Below, one piece after another: positions 1 to 13,388 of a stretch of 64,000 nucleotides of DNA; position 1 is the stretch's first letter; each line of letters begins with the position of its first letter. Source of the stretch: Octopus vulgaris (taxonomy: Eukaryota). Made by a program: the position numbers and the translations under genes. Location of the stretch: positions 81,840,001 through 81,904,000 of the forward strand of contig OX597818.1 in assembly GCA_951406725.2 (NCBI GenBank), given 5' to 3'. Under the pieces are notes generated by a model. The model searched no databases. It worked only from the letters and a program-made list of their open reading frames with translations, and had not been told where the DNA came from.

Positions 1-690
<690 letters not shown>

Positions 691-1544
691 TTATATTCAT
701 ATGTATTGATCAGTTATAATGCTGAAATGAAGTATTGCAGCTGATGACCTGATGTTTAGGGCCATTACCGTTTTGGTCACAGAAGTTTCTTATTCAAAAG
801 CCTGGCAGGAATATATCTGAATTTCAACCTTGAGTGAGAGAGCCAAAAGATCAGGATGAAGTGAGCGAGAGAAAAGAAAGTCAGTAAGACTGAGGAATAG
901 TCTGCGCAAGAAAGACAGAGGGAGAGAACGAAAGAAAAAAATATATATAGAGAGAGATGTAAAAGAGAGGGGAAGGGAACGAGAGAGAGAGAGTGTGTGT
1001 TTGTATGTGTGCGTATGAGTATGCATGTGCAAAAGTTTGTGATTCTCAAGTTTTTCTACGCATTCGCTTGTTTTATCATATTCCTTTATTATTTTCTTAT
1101 TTTGCTCGAAAAATTTTTTGTCCAATTTCTGCGATATTTTGCCTGCGAAAACTTTTATTTGTTCTCTAGTGCATGACTATTCTTTAATTGACGGAAGAGA
1201 CAGTCTTTTCAGCTCTATGCCTTTCTGGTTTAGTCAATTAAACCTGCTTTTTCGCGTGGTGTATTTACTTACGAAGGAAGGATTCATGACCTGCATATAA
1301 TCGGGCGGGATCGAGCGTATGAATTGTGCTGATCTTAATCTTTCGAAACCACAACAGCAGGAGACTAATTTTAGATAAAATCGAATATGGGTGCGGTCAT
1401 GGCTACGTGGTTAAGAAACTCGCTTTGTAACCGCTTCGTTTCGTGTTCAATCCCAGATCGCGGCATTTTTTGCTGTCCTCAACTAAAGCCCCGGCAGACT
1501 AATACGTTTTAAGTGAATTTGGTTGACGGAAACCATGTTGACAG

Positions 1545-1596
<52 letters not shown>

Positions 1597-1672
1597 ATAC
1601 GTATGTATATATATATATATATATATATATAGATAAGAAAGTTTGTTTCGTAAAGCACGTGGGTGAATATAT

Positions 1673-2491
1673 AAGAAAATAGTAAAGTGTGAAAAAACGA
1701 CAGAAGGCTTAAATGTTAAAGAAGGCAAAATTGTCTTCTAAAATTACGGATGCAAAAGTAAAAAAAATGTGGTAGATCGAACTGTGCAACATGTCCTAAC
1801 CTATTGGAAGGATCAGAATTCTTCTTTAAAGAGGGACAGAAATTTAAGATCAAATCTAACTTTACTTGTGCCTCTGAAAACATAATTTATGTTATTAAAT
1901 GCTCGGGCTGCCACCAAGACTACGTGGGTTCCACGGGACTTTCACTCAGGCGCAGATGCACACTGCATCGACAACAGATTGCATTCCCAGAATATAGAAT
2001 GATACCTTTTAGTGAGCACATTGAGAAATGCGCAAAGCAACTACTGCCACAATTTTTAATCTTCCCATTTTACCAATGTGCTTTCGGATCATCAACACAA
2101 ATGAGACTGAACAAGGAAACATTCTTCATTGAAAAGTACAAACCCAGACTCAACCATCCGAACATACTGACACAGAGAAATTAACAAGGAAAAGGGAAAA
2201 AAATTTTAAGCGATTATCTCCCCTACACCGGAAAAAATCACTCACTACCTCCCCTTATTTAGAAAACTCCTGGAAATAAAAACAACGATAATTCCATGCA
2301 ATATAAACATAACGTCACAAGAAATTTGAAAAGCTACACGCGAAACCGGTAATTTCTTTAAAAATTTTAAAATTATGTCATTTTAAGAAAAGGGAAAAAA
2401 ATTTTTCCAATATTCTCCAGACATTTTGACACAAATATATATATTTTTTAACATTTAAGCCTTCTGTTGTTTTTTCACACTTTACTATTTT

Positions 2492-2494
<3 letters not shown>
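1673..2494 (+). mobile_element. 5'-truncated Penelope-like element (PLE) bounded by 48-bp inverted repeats
   Basis: 1673-1720 is the reverse complement of 2447-2494 with 1 mismatch. A GIY-YIG ORF remnant lies between them. Confidence 0.85.
1762..2184 (+). pseudogene. PLE C-terminus: Cys-rich linker plus GIY-YIG endonuclease
   Basis: KCGRSNCATC zinc-finger-like linker, then NIIYVIKC..C...YVGST (GIY-YIG), R..LH, and ETFFIEKYKPRLN before the stop at 2184. No RT upstream. Confidence 0.85.
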
Positions 2495-2542
<48 letters not shown>

Positions 2543-3125
2543 TGTATGTATGTATTTCTGTTTGTGTTTGTGTACATGTGTATTTGTGAGTATATTTATG
2601 TTTGTCCCCTACCAGTTGACAACTGGTGTTCGTTGGTTTGCTTTCTCATGACTTAATTCGGCACTAGAGAATTATAGAATAACTACCAGATTTAAAAAAT
2701 AAATACTGATGACAGGTTGTACAACCCTTCTAGAAGATGCCCCAGCAAGGCCATGGCCGCAGTTAAATTACTGTAGTTAGTAAAGTAGTAAAGGATAGAC
2801 GATAGAAAAATTTGCTCCTCAACTGCACCGTATTTCTTTCTTATATTGACATGTTCTGCCACCCTGGATAGTCTCTTTTCTTAGATCAGTGCTATAATTC
2901 AAAAGTAATTTCAGAAGGATAAGGACAAAATCGAAAGTGATATATCCCCTTGTTTAGCCCCTTCAAATCTGTTCTGCAACAAAGCCAGTCATTTCACTCG
3001 ACAGTGCGAAGCTCCAATGCGAGACATTTGCCTCCCTGTCCTGTCTTGTTAAATGTCGAAGGTTCCCGCAATCTCTGCAATTTCTTGACTGAAATGTATA
3101 AAAAATAAAAGAATCACAAATTGCT

Positions 3126-3184
<59 letters not shown>

Positions 3185-4568
3185 TATATTATTTGAATTG
3201 AAATATTCAAAAATACAGGTTCAATCCAGGCGATATATAGTCAAACTAGCTTCCATTAATATATCATATTTAGTGTATACACACACTCGATTAGCGAGTT
3301 ACTGCTGTATTTATTTCTGATATAACATCTCTTATGGACATGCTGTGTTAAAAAACCAACAATAAATTAGCCTACTTGCTGCAAAAGTAGGAGAGATGTA
3401 TTTTGTCCATTTTGTTCCTTTTCAATAGAGCATAATCATAGCAATTCCACAAGCTTGAACATTTCGCAGTCTCTGATATAGACAATCTTTAATTAAATAT
3501 TCACGAATAGTCACCCAGCGGAATAAAATTCGGCGTACGAAATCGAGGTAGTATTAAATTAAAATAGCAACCTATGTATCATATTTAATGTATACACATT
3601 GCTGAAGTATTTGTCCTGTGATAACATGTCATATAGATTTGCTGTGTTAAAAAGAAAGTGAATATCGAAGAGACGAACATTCGTTCCAGTAGCAGCCGAG
3701 AGCACCAAATAAATTTCGGCATTTTTGAGCCTATTGCTGGGTAATTAAGTAACGAATTTTATTCTGATTTTCAAGACCAAATATTCATGACGATTTATGT
3801 ACCTTACAGGTCCTTCGGTTACTTTCTGGCATCTGTCCCAGTTTATAGTTGAGAAGGTGACGTACATTCAAAGAACCCCAGTGCTAACTGTTCGTCTTTT
3901 ATCCAGGTGTAAGCACCCTAGGGCTATATTTTAAAAAATTCACACAGCATTTAATACGGCGTGATGTGATCCGAGGGAAACTTCTCTGCTTTGTCTAACA
4001 GGGCCAACGATACTGGATAATGATGTATTATAAATAGATTCCGTACAGTGGACAGCAACTCACTGTCACTGATACTCACTATTATTATATGGTAGCATAT
4101 AGTTTAGTTTGGAACAGGAAAGCCAAAATTTTCACTGGAGAATAGTAAATAAAAGAATGTCTGCATCACATTCACCATAGCAAGCAGTAATGTACACTAT
4201 ACGTTTGTTAGTTTAGCGATATTGGTCGTAAAAACAAACGTATCTTTCAATAATCTACTGGCACGTAGCCCTAAGTTTTTTCTATATACATATACAATAG
4301 TAATTTGAGTGTAGTAGTTTGTGGCCTTTAGAGTTACGTACTTAGACTTACACACACACTAACATACACACACACACACACACACACATGGAAAAATATG
4401 TTAAACACAATATGCACTTTATACCAATTGTCCCCTACCCATGTTTGCCGGCTGCTATTTACAAACTCTACAGTGACTGTTCATACTACAGTCGGGTGCT
4501 TATCCACAAGAGTTCTTCAAGAAAACACTTTATTTCATTGACAATGCTCAAATGTGTGCATGTGTGTG

Positions 4569-4612
<44 letters not shown>

Positions 4613-4802
4613 TATGCACACTACAAAACAGGAAATTGGAATTTTGGTGGGTAAACTTTGACTAGCATAAATTTTGACTAAATAAACATACAGTAGCAAC
4701 TGAGATTCCATTTTGGATTGTAATAATGGAATGAAGAGATGTGATTCAAGAAGAAACACCTGCGTCTTACTCAAACATGCGAGCGCTTACACACGCGCAT
4801 AT

Positions 4803-4857
<55 letters not shown>

Positions 4858-4902
4858 TAGTGAGTGAGAGAGACAGAGAGAGAAAGATAGATATATACAT
4901 AG

Positions 4903-5617
4903 ATAGATATAACACAAAATGTTCAAATCAGGCAGACTCCGATTAAAACACACATATACGGGTTTAATTAGGATAAAATAAATAACGTCCAATCTGAAAC
5001 ATATTGATACATTAGAAATATAAAAGCATATGAATATTAAATATATACATGGACATATATATAGAGAGAGATACATTAAAATAATAATAATGGAATAATG
5101 GAATAAAAGCAATAATGGAATATAGAAAAGAAGACGCTTTTAAAAATTCAAAATCTTTATATATAAAAGTGAAGTTGTGTGAGTGTCTGTCTCCTACGAT
5201 TTAGATTCCTAACTACTCCCACATTTTGCGGTGCAGTTTAACCAAAACCGGGCATCTTATAGTCGTGATTCATATCGAGCCCTTCTGTGTATTAGCGCGC
5301 GTCTACGATGAGTCTACGATTAAAAACAAATTTTCCATCATTTCTTCTCATTTTTAATGCATTTTTTTGCTATTATATAAGGGAAGTAACTCTCTAAAAA
5401 ATGCTTATATAGTTATTTCCCTTACAAACCCGAGCAACGCCGGGCGATACTGCTAGTATATTATAAATTAATAGGCATTAAAAGCGTTTTAGGTAACATG
5501 TTAAGAGAAAAGAAGGGGTTCAATGCTTCAGATTGGTCGATTCCTGTTTTATTCTAATTAAACCCGTATATGTATGTGTTTATCGTACCTGATTTGAACC
5601 TTTTCTGTTGTATCTAT
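4903..5617. repeat. Degenerate inverted repeat (~100-bp arms), foldback/MITE-like
   Basis: 4903-5007 versus 5520-5617. Perfect 19-bp core catatacgggtttaattag (4953-4971) / ctaattaaacccgtatatg (5554-5572), plus gttcaaatcagg/cctgatttgaac. Confidence 0.75.
5154..5456 (+). mobile_element. Non-autonomous Helitron (303 bp)
   Basis: Begins TC after A and ends CTAG before T. Subterminal GC hairpin cccgagcaacgccggg at 5429-5444. No TSD. Confidence 0.85.
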
Positions 5618-5706
5618 TATACTTGTCTAACGCCTCAGACTCGGTTTGAGCACTTCTACGCCAAGTTTTTCTAGATAAAATTATAATTTTATATATATAT
5701 ATATAT

Positions 5707-5748
<42 letters not shown>

Positions 5749-5765
5749 TAATTATAACTATAATT

Positions 5766-5803
<38 letters not shown>

Positions 5804-5873
5804 AATTATAATTATGATTATAATTATAATTAGGGTTAATTAATAAATTTTGCTCTTCGATTATATATATATG

Positions 5874-5905
<32 letters not shown>

Positions 5906-5964
5906 CATACACACACACACACATAGATACATATTCACACACATACAAATATACATATATATGT

Positions 5965-6062
5965 CTCTCTTTCTGTTTTGTCGAACCGCTAAGTTATGGG
6001 GACGTAAACACACCACCATCGGTTGTCAAGCGATGTAGGGGGACAAACACAAACACCCCCCC

Positions 6063-6095
<33 letters not shown>

Positions 6096-6265
6096 CATAT
6101 ATACGACGGGATTCTTTCAGTTTCCGTCTACCAAATCCACTCACAAGGCATTGGGCGACCCGAGGCTATAGTAGAAGGCACTTGCCCATGGTGCCACGCA
6201 GTGGAATGAACCCAGAACCATGTGGTTGGTAAGCAAGCTACTTACCATACAGCCAACCCTGCGCC
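5965..6265 (-). mobile_element. SINE family A
   Basis: Reverse complement of the ggcgcagg..tggctgtatggtaagtagcttgcttaccaaccacatggttc head, with internal (TA)n. Confidence 0.85.
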
Positions 6266-6309
6266 TATGTGCATGCATATGCACCAACATTTTTATATTA
6301 GAGAACATT

Positions 6310-6776
6310 TTACTGCTATTGGAATGCAGCCATGCTGGAGCACCGCATTGAGATGCATAGACGAATAAATTGATCCCAGTAATTATCTTTGTAAAAACCC
6401 AGTATTTATTCTATCTATCTCTTTTACCCAATAAGTATTAGTTTCTTTTGTTTATTTTCGGAAGCATGAAGGCAAGGTCAACCTCGTAGACGTATGTAAC
6501 GGGGGACGTAGAGAAATCCACACCGATTATTAAGCGGTGATGAGGAACACGCATAGATAACAAGAATTCCCGTCCTAATATATAAGCCTGTGGATGCGCG
6601 CGTGCGTGCGTGCATGTGCGCGTGTCCTTGGGTGTGTACGGCAAACCTCTTTCAGTTTCTGTCTGCCAAATTTACCGGCGCTGTAGCAGAAATTTCCCCA
6701 AGTTGCTGCGCACTGAGATTGAATCCAAGACTGCATTGTTGGAAAGCAAGCTGAACCACACAATCGCCTCTGCGCC
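6310..6776 (-). mobile_element. SINE family A, diverged
   Basis: gcagccatgctggagcaccgc tail motif and ttcagtttctgtctgccaaattt...tgcgcc head motifs. Confidence 0.65.
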
Positions 6777-8454
6777 TGTAGTGATGCATACTTTACAGGG
6801 TTAATTCTAATTTCGATCATAACCAAGGTTGTTTACATCAAGTCACTAAGAAATCATTTTAACATATTCATGTTGAGGTATCAAATACATAATTCGGTGT
6901 GTTGTAACATTGTTCCTACAATATACTACTGTGTGTATGTAATGCATATTTGTTTATGAACGTATGCGTACATAGTTCACGTGCATAATGAACAGGATAT
7001 ATTAACACTAGAGAAAGAAGGATGAAGAAAGAAGTAGAGAGGTAGTAAGGCTAAATCGCTAATTGATAAATGAAACCTGTAAATTTGAAAGCAGAGGCAT
7101 AGAAATATGGTAAAGGTCTACGATACAAAGGCGCATGATATGTTCCTCATTCTTTGATAATATATGATAATAATGGAGGATAGAGGAAAGTTGATTGTAA
7201 AGGAACCAATTTGCTGATATATTAGGAAGTATTAAGATCAGTATAGAAGATTTCGGTATGATACCTTGACCCTTTTTGTCTTCTGTGATATGCATCCGTT
7301 TCCTTACAGGTTGTTGAGAATGGTAAGAGATGATACACACATTATTGAATGGAGGCTGTATATAGTAAATCCCTTTCTTTTTATGGCTGGCTTGAAACCG
7401 ATCGCTGAGACGGAGATCAAATAAATTGTTTACTAGAAACTGAGATTTTAATGGAGATACTAAGTTGGAATATGGGATTAAAAAGCATGCAGATTTTTAA
7501 TAATGTTTAGGACAAATGGAGAAAAATAATGGGATATAATTATCTGATAAAGAAACCATAAAATAGTTTGATAGAGAAAGTTTTGAATATTTGTGTATAA
7601 TAAACTAGTTAACGATAAAGATGAAGAAGACTGGCATGAAGGAACATTGGAAAATGTAATACTTCAGAAGGTTAAAATTAGTGTTGAAATCTTAGATAAA
7701 TCGTAAAAATAAATAAGACTCCAAATATTAATATATTGACTGCATCGCTTTTGAGATATTGCAGATGAATCCTGAAATAGAAGGAAGAAGGCAGCGCAGT
7801 TTAGATTAAATAATAAAATTCAAAGAGCCAAGACCACACATACATACACACATATATGCATGTGTGTATACATATATATGCATATATATATGTATATATA
7901 TATACATACATATATATATATACATATATAATATATTGTTTATTATATATATATGTACGTAGACACATGCATATGTACATACGTACATACACAAATACAT
8001 ATATGTATATACATATATATATATCTATATATATGTGAGTGTGCTTCTGCGTGTGTTTATGTGAGCGTGTATGTATGTGTATTTGTATAATCTGCTAGAA
8101 CGTATTAAGAATGGATAGATACGTTATTGTTATATATGAAATATTTTAATCTAAAAGTGATTTTAGTCGATTCTTTACACATAATAGAATAGGAGAGCAG
8201 ATTAATTGGCTGTGGAAAATGTATACTGTAAGGAAAATAGCTTAGCATGTTATGTAAAGAATAGTCTAGAGAACATGACTGAAGAGATTAAGTAACTTGA
8301 AATAATTCATACCAGAAATAACCAAGAGGACGATAAATATTGTGTAAAATGATTTGCAACAAAACATAAAGAAAAATTATTTTGCTTAAGTAAAATGAAG
8401 TTTAGTAAAACACGAAAATATAACTTTATATTTTACTTATTTTTTTGTATCTCT

Positions 8455-8950
8455 TACTTCATTCAGGTGCTGGTCTGTGACCATGCTGGGGCACCAGTCT
8501 GAAGGATTTTTGTCGAAGAAATCGACACCAGGAATGATTTAGTTTGAAGTCCGGCACTTATTCTATCGGTTCCTCTCGCGGAACTACTAAGGTAAGGTGA
8601 CGTATTCAAAGCGACACTGGTTGTCGAGCGGTGGGGTGACAAAGACAAACACAATAACACACATACGAGGGAGTGCTGAAAAGCTCTTGGATATTAGTTT
8701 CTCACGAAAGTCCTGGCTGGAGAGGCTCAAACTTTTGACTTCTCTTACCGACCTTACAATAACCGAGCATAGAAAACCTGTAATAAGTGTGAATCCGAGA
8801 GGGGGAAATACTGAATAAAATCATATTTAACTGATCCTCTTGTATTTTCTTTTACCCAGAGTACCACAGTTTTCGGTTACCAATCCACTGACAAGGGCTG
8901 TGCTATGACCAAAACTAAGAAGCAAACTTCTTACCACACAACCATTCCTG
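8455..8950 (-). mobile_element. SINE family A interrupted by a mariner-MITE remnant
   Basis: gaccatgctggggcacc tail at ~8480 and agcaaacttcttaccacacaacc head at ~8920-8945. Confidence 0.6.
8666..8861 (+). mobile_element. Mariner-derived MITE remnant (same family as 55401-55612)
   Basis: TA followed by the left TIR cgagggagtgctgaaaag. Body matches 55401-55612 (ctgtaataagtgtgaat...ggggaaatactgaataa). Right TIR lost. Confidence 0.65.
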
Positions 8951-9119
8951 CATCTTTGAGCTCGACGAAATTTGAGCTATGTGCATAGAAAGCCGGAATG
9001 AAAGACACAAGGCAGTCTACCTCAACCAGTTACCTACCTTGTGTTTAGGAATTCGGATATGTCAATGTGGATAAATCATAGATACTTCTTTTTACTTTTT
9101 GAACATGGCCAACAATGGG

Positions 9120-9292
9120 GAGAGGAAGTTGATAATCTCGGCCCCAGTGCTCAAATCATGCCTGGTTTATCTACTCCGGAAGGATAAAAGTCAAAGTCTA
9201 TTCGGTGTCATTTGAAATCAATTTGTAACCGGATGAAATACTGTTAAGCATTTTGTCCGGGGTGCTAATGATTTTGTTTGTCTATCGCATTT
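9120..9292 (-). mobile_element. SINE family B, degenerate
   Basis: ccccagtgc...aggataaaagtcaaagtc...taagcattttgtccggggtgctaatg motifs. Confidence 0.6.
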
Positions 9293-9314
9293 AAAATCAT
9301 ATATAATAAAGTCA

Positions 9315-9900
9315 TATTCTGCTCTACTCTAAGCACATATCCGAAATGTTGGCGTAAGGAGGGCCAGTTGATTAGATCGGTCCCAGTACGCATCTGGTAC
9401 TGAATTTATCGATCCCGAAAGGATGAAAGGCAAAGTCGACCTCGGCGGAATTCGAAGTCAGACCCGTAAAGATAGGCGAAATACCTATTTCTTTACTACC
9501 CACAAGAGGCTAAATACAGCGGGGACAAACAAGGGCCGACAAACGGATTGAGTCGATTATATTGACCTCAGTGCGTAACTGCTACTTAATTTATCAACCC
9601 CGAAAGGATGAAAGGCAAAGTCAACCTCGGCTGAATTTGAACTCAGAACGTAACGGCAGACGAAATACCTATTTCTTTACTACCCACAAAGAGCTAAACA
9701 CAGAAGAGACAAACAAGGACAGACAGACGGATTAAGTCGATTACATCGACCCCAGTACGTAACTGGCACTTAATTTATCGACCCCGAAAGGATGAAAGGC
9801 AAAGTCGACCTCGGCGGAATTTGAGCTCAGAACGTAGCGTCAGACGAAATACCACTAAGCATTTCGACCAGCGTGCTAACGTTTCTTCCAGCTCGCCGCC
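9315..9900 (-). mobile_element. SINE family B (tRNA head plus Meta-like domain), trimer with 184-bp period
   Basis: cgaaatacc recurs at 9477, 9661 and 9845. One head (~9855-9900) and three copies of gactttgcctttcatcctttcggggtcgataaattaagtaccag, which resembles the MetaSINE central domain. Confidence 0.9.
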
Positions 9901-10134
9901 TTAGATAATGAAATCAAATTGAAAGCTTGACTGATACTTTATTTTGCTGAGCTCGCAGGATAGAAAAAAAAAAAAATTTCGCGGAATTTCAACGCAGAAT
10001 ATAAAGCGATATAACTAAATAGTGCACAGTATTTTGTTGGCAGAATTAACGATTCCATTAATTCACCGTCCTTAATAAATATTAAGATTTAAAGCATAAT
10101 TGTTTGTCCGGCATATTATATGATTCTTTTATTA

Positions 10135-10590
10135 TTTTACTTGTTTCAGGCTTTTGACTGCGGCCATGCTGGAACACTGACTTAAAAGGGTTTAGTTGAA
10201 GAAATCAACATCAGGACTTATTTTTTGCAAGCCTAGTAATTATTTTACTGGTCACGTTTGTCGAATCCCTACGTTACGTGGGGACGTAAACATACCAGCA
10301 TCAGTTGTCAAGTGATGGTGAGGGGGGGACAAGCACAAATATACCCACACATACACACAGAGAAACACATAGACACACAAACACACACAGACACACACAC
10401 AGACACACACACACACACATATATATATATACGATTGGGTTTCTTTCAGTTTCTGCCTACCAACCCCACTCAGAAGGCTCTGGTCGGCCCTAGGTAATAC
10501 TAGAAGACACCTACCGAAGGTGCCACACAGTGGGACTGAACCCGGAATCATGTGGTTTAGAAGCAAACTTCTTGCGACACAACCAATCTT
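10135..10590 (-). mobile_element. SINE family A with internal (CA)n/(TA)n
   Basis: Full-length reverse-complement match to 51160-51620. Confidence 0.85.
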
Positions 10591-10659
10591 TCAACATGTT
10601 TCAAGTACAATATTGGTCTCAAATGTTTGCACAAAGCCAGCCATATTAGAAGAGGATAT

Positions 10660-10808
10660 ACGTCGATTACATTGTGCCCAGTACTCAAATGGTACTTGTT
10701 TTTTATCGATCCCGTAGGAACGAAAGTTAAAGCCGACATCGGCGCAATTTGAACTCAGTGCTCAGTATGTTGTCCAGCATGCTAACACTTCAGTCAGCTC
10801 ACTGCTTT
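10660..10808 (-). mobile_element. SINE family B fragment
   Basis: gtcgattacattg..ccagtac..ggtactt..ttatcgatccc..atttgaactcag motifs. Confidence 0.6.
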
Positions 10809-11353
10809 GAATTTCAGTTACAATAATCAGACAAGAAATACTTGTCTTAAGAAGAATAAGTATTTCATAAGGAATCATCCCAAAACCTCACCAGATACGT
10901 GATACTGTGACATTATGCTATTACCCTCATTTAAATCTATATGAATATAAGTATTAATATAGTTATGGTGTTTTCCTAATGCTAATAGATATACACTTTC
11001 CTTGGAAAATAGGGGATATAAATATCTCAGCTGTTGCGGAAATGTGTATTTTCTCGTAATACATATTTAATTAATATAAACCGTAAAAATATTCGACCCG
11101 AAAAATTGCCCGAAACATTGAGAAATCATACGGAATGAATAAACTACCAGGTTCTCTATAAAAGAAATTATTTACCTATTTCCACTGATTGAGTTGTCAA
11201 AAGTCCTGGAGGATTAACGGCAAAGTGTTTCAAAGTATGATATAACCACAAGATATTTCTTCATGCATATCTTCAACAAGTCGCCAAGAAATTCGACACA
11301 GCTTTGCGCAGGTACATTTGCGGTTTAAAATTCAAAACTTTGCATAATCGTTC

Positions 11354-11490
<137 letters not shown>

Positions 11491-11740
11491 CATATATACA
11501 GGTGTGTATGTTTGCATGAGCATTATTTTGCGAACATTAGCATCACTGGTTTTAGGTATTCGAGCGTGTAAGAACTGCATTATATGAATAGGATCTCTGT
11601 ACAAAACTACATGAAATAAAGAGGAGAAAGTACTTTTTTGTTACACATCAGGTCTTTCTAAAGTTTCTTGGTGGTGGGTACATAAATTCAAAAATATACA
11701 ACGGTGTCAGCCATGCACAAGCACTCACACATAGACACGC

Positions 11741-11820
11741 AGGTACATACACACACACACAGGTACATACACACACACACAGGTACATACACACACACAC
11801 AGGTACATACACACACATAC
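11741..11820. repeat. 20-bp minisatellite, aggtacatacacacacacac x4
   Basis: Three exact copies and one with a single substitution. Confidence 0.95.
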
Positions 11821-11954
11821 ATGAAGTTATGCATACAACCGATTTAACGTTTATCAGAAGAATTAATCACACCTTCGAGTAGAGTACGTGTTTATTAAAC
11901 TCTAAGAGTTATGACGGTGACATCGAAGTAACTGTAACTGTCAGCCCGCTTCTT

Positions 11955-11955
11955 A

Positions 11956-12037
<82 letters not shown>

Positions 12038-12043
12038 CCTCTC

Positions 12044-12103
<60 letters not shown>

Positions 12104-12324
12104 ACAAGCGTATTTGTCTGTATGAATGTGTAGATATATATATATATGTAAACTTAGATGTATAATTATATATGTATATATGTATACATATATATATACA
12201 CATATATACATATACATATATATACACATACATACACATATATCTATATATATATATTAATACATACAAATATTTACATGCATATACTCATGTCCATATA
12301 TATATATAAATATATATTTATGTG

Positions 12325-12372
<48 letters not shown>

Positions 12373-13005
12373 TATATGTGTGCGTGTGTGTGGCGTTCGT
12401 GTTTGTATGTGTATGTGTGTGAGTGTAGGTAGAGAAAACGATAAATGTGTACGTAATTTACAGATTTGGCCAAAGTTAAACCGACTGAATTTTATCCTCG
12501 AATTATTAGTCACCTAGAGACTTTAATTGATCAATATTTTCCATGAGCTGTCACGCAGCGGGTTTGAACACGTTACTATAAGTTTGTGAATGGAACCTGT
12601 TTGTTCTTTGAGAAATTGCCACGCCCTTAATATCTTCGTAATATTGCGTCGATATGAATGATACGTGCGTCTATACTGATATCGTATTTATATTTATATC
12701 ATACATATGCACATACATGGATAGAGTTGCATGACTGAGTGTCTGTCCGTGAGTAAGTGTGCGTGTTTATGTGCGTGTCTGTGTGTTTGTGTGTGTTTGT
12801 GTGTGTGTGCGTGCGTAATTATTTACCTAGGCATCTATGTGAGTGCGCTTATGTGCGTATGAGGTACTACTGACCATTAAGCATCTTAGGGTGTCTATCA
12901 ATGTTTATAGAAATACCCGCACGCATACGCATAAGCACACGCACAGATATGCATCATGTAAATCACTCGCATACAAATCTACAGGAACATGTAAATATAT
13001 GTATG

Positions 13006-13045
<40 letters not shown>

Positions 13046-13338
13046 AATATGTTTTATATAGACAGATAGGTAGATAGATACAGATATATATACGTACATA
13101 CATATATATATATACATATATCGATATCGATATATATATATGCATGTATTATATCTATATATATAGAGAGAGAAATACGTATGAATACATATATATATAT
13201 GTGTGTGTGTGTGTATAAATATGTATATATATATATATATGTTATATACAAATATGTATGAATATATATATATATATATATACATATATATATGTATGTA
13301 TATATGTATGCGTGTATAGTATAGATGTGCCCTCAAAG

Positions 13339-13388
<50 letters not shown>

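Larger units (their letters stand above)
1389..2800 (+). mobile_element. tRNA-derived SINE family A, split by a Penelope-like insertion in its internal (TA)n tract
   Basis: Head 1389-1546 (tggctacgtggttaag A box, gttcaatccc B box, gaatttggttgacggaaac) and 3' half ~2560-2800 (ttgacaactggtgtt...gccccagc...atggccgcagtt) match the well-preserved copy at 51160-51620. Confidence 0.7.

Noticed and set aside
9315-9900. Regularly spaced repeats as a CRISPR array or hammerhead retrozyme
   Set aside because: The units are contiguous 184-bp SINE copies with no unique spacers, the context is eukaryotic, and I found no CUGANGA/GAAA core in the unit.
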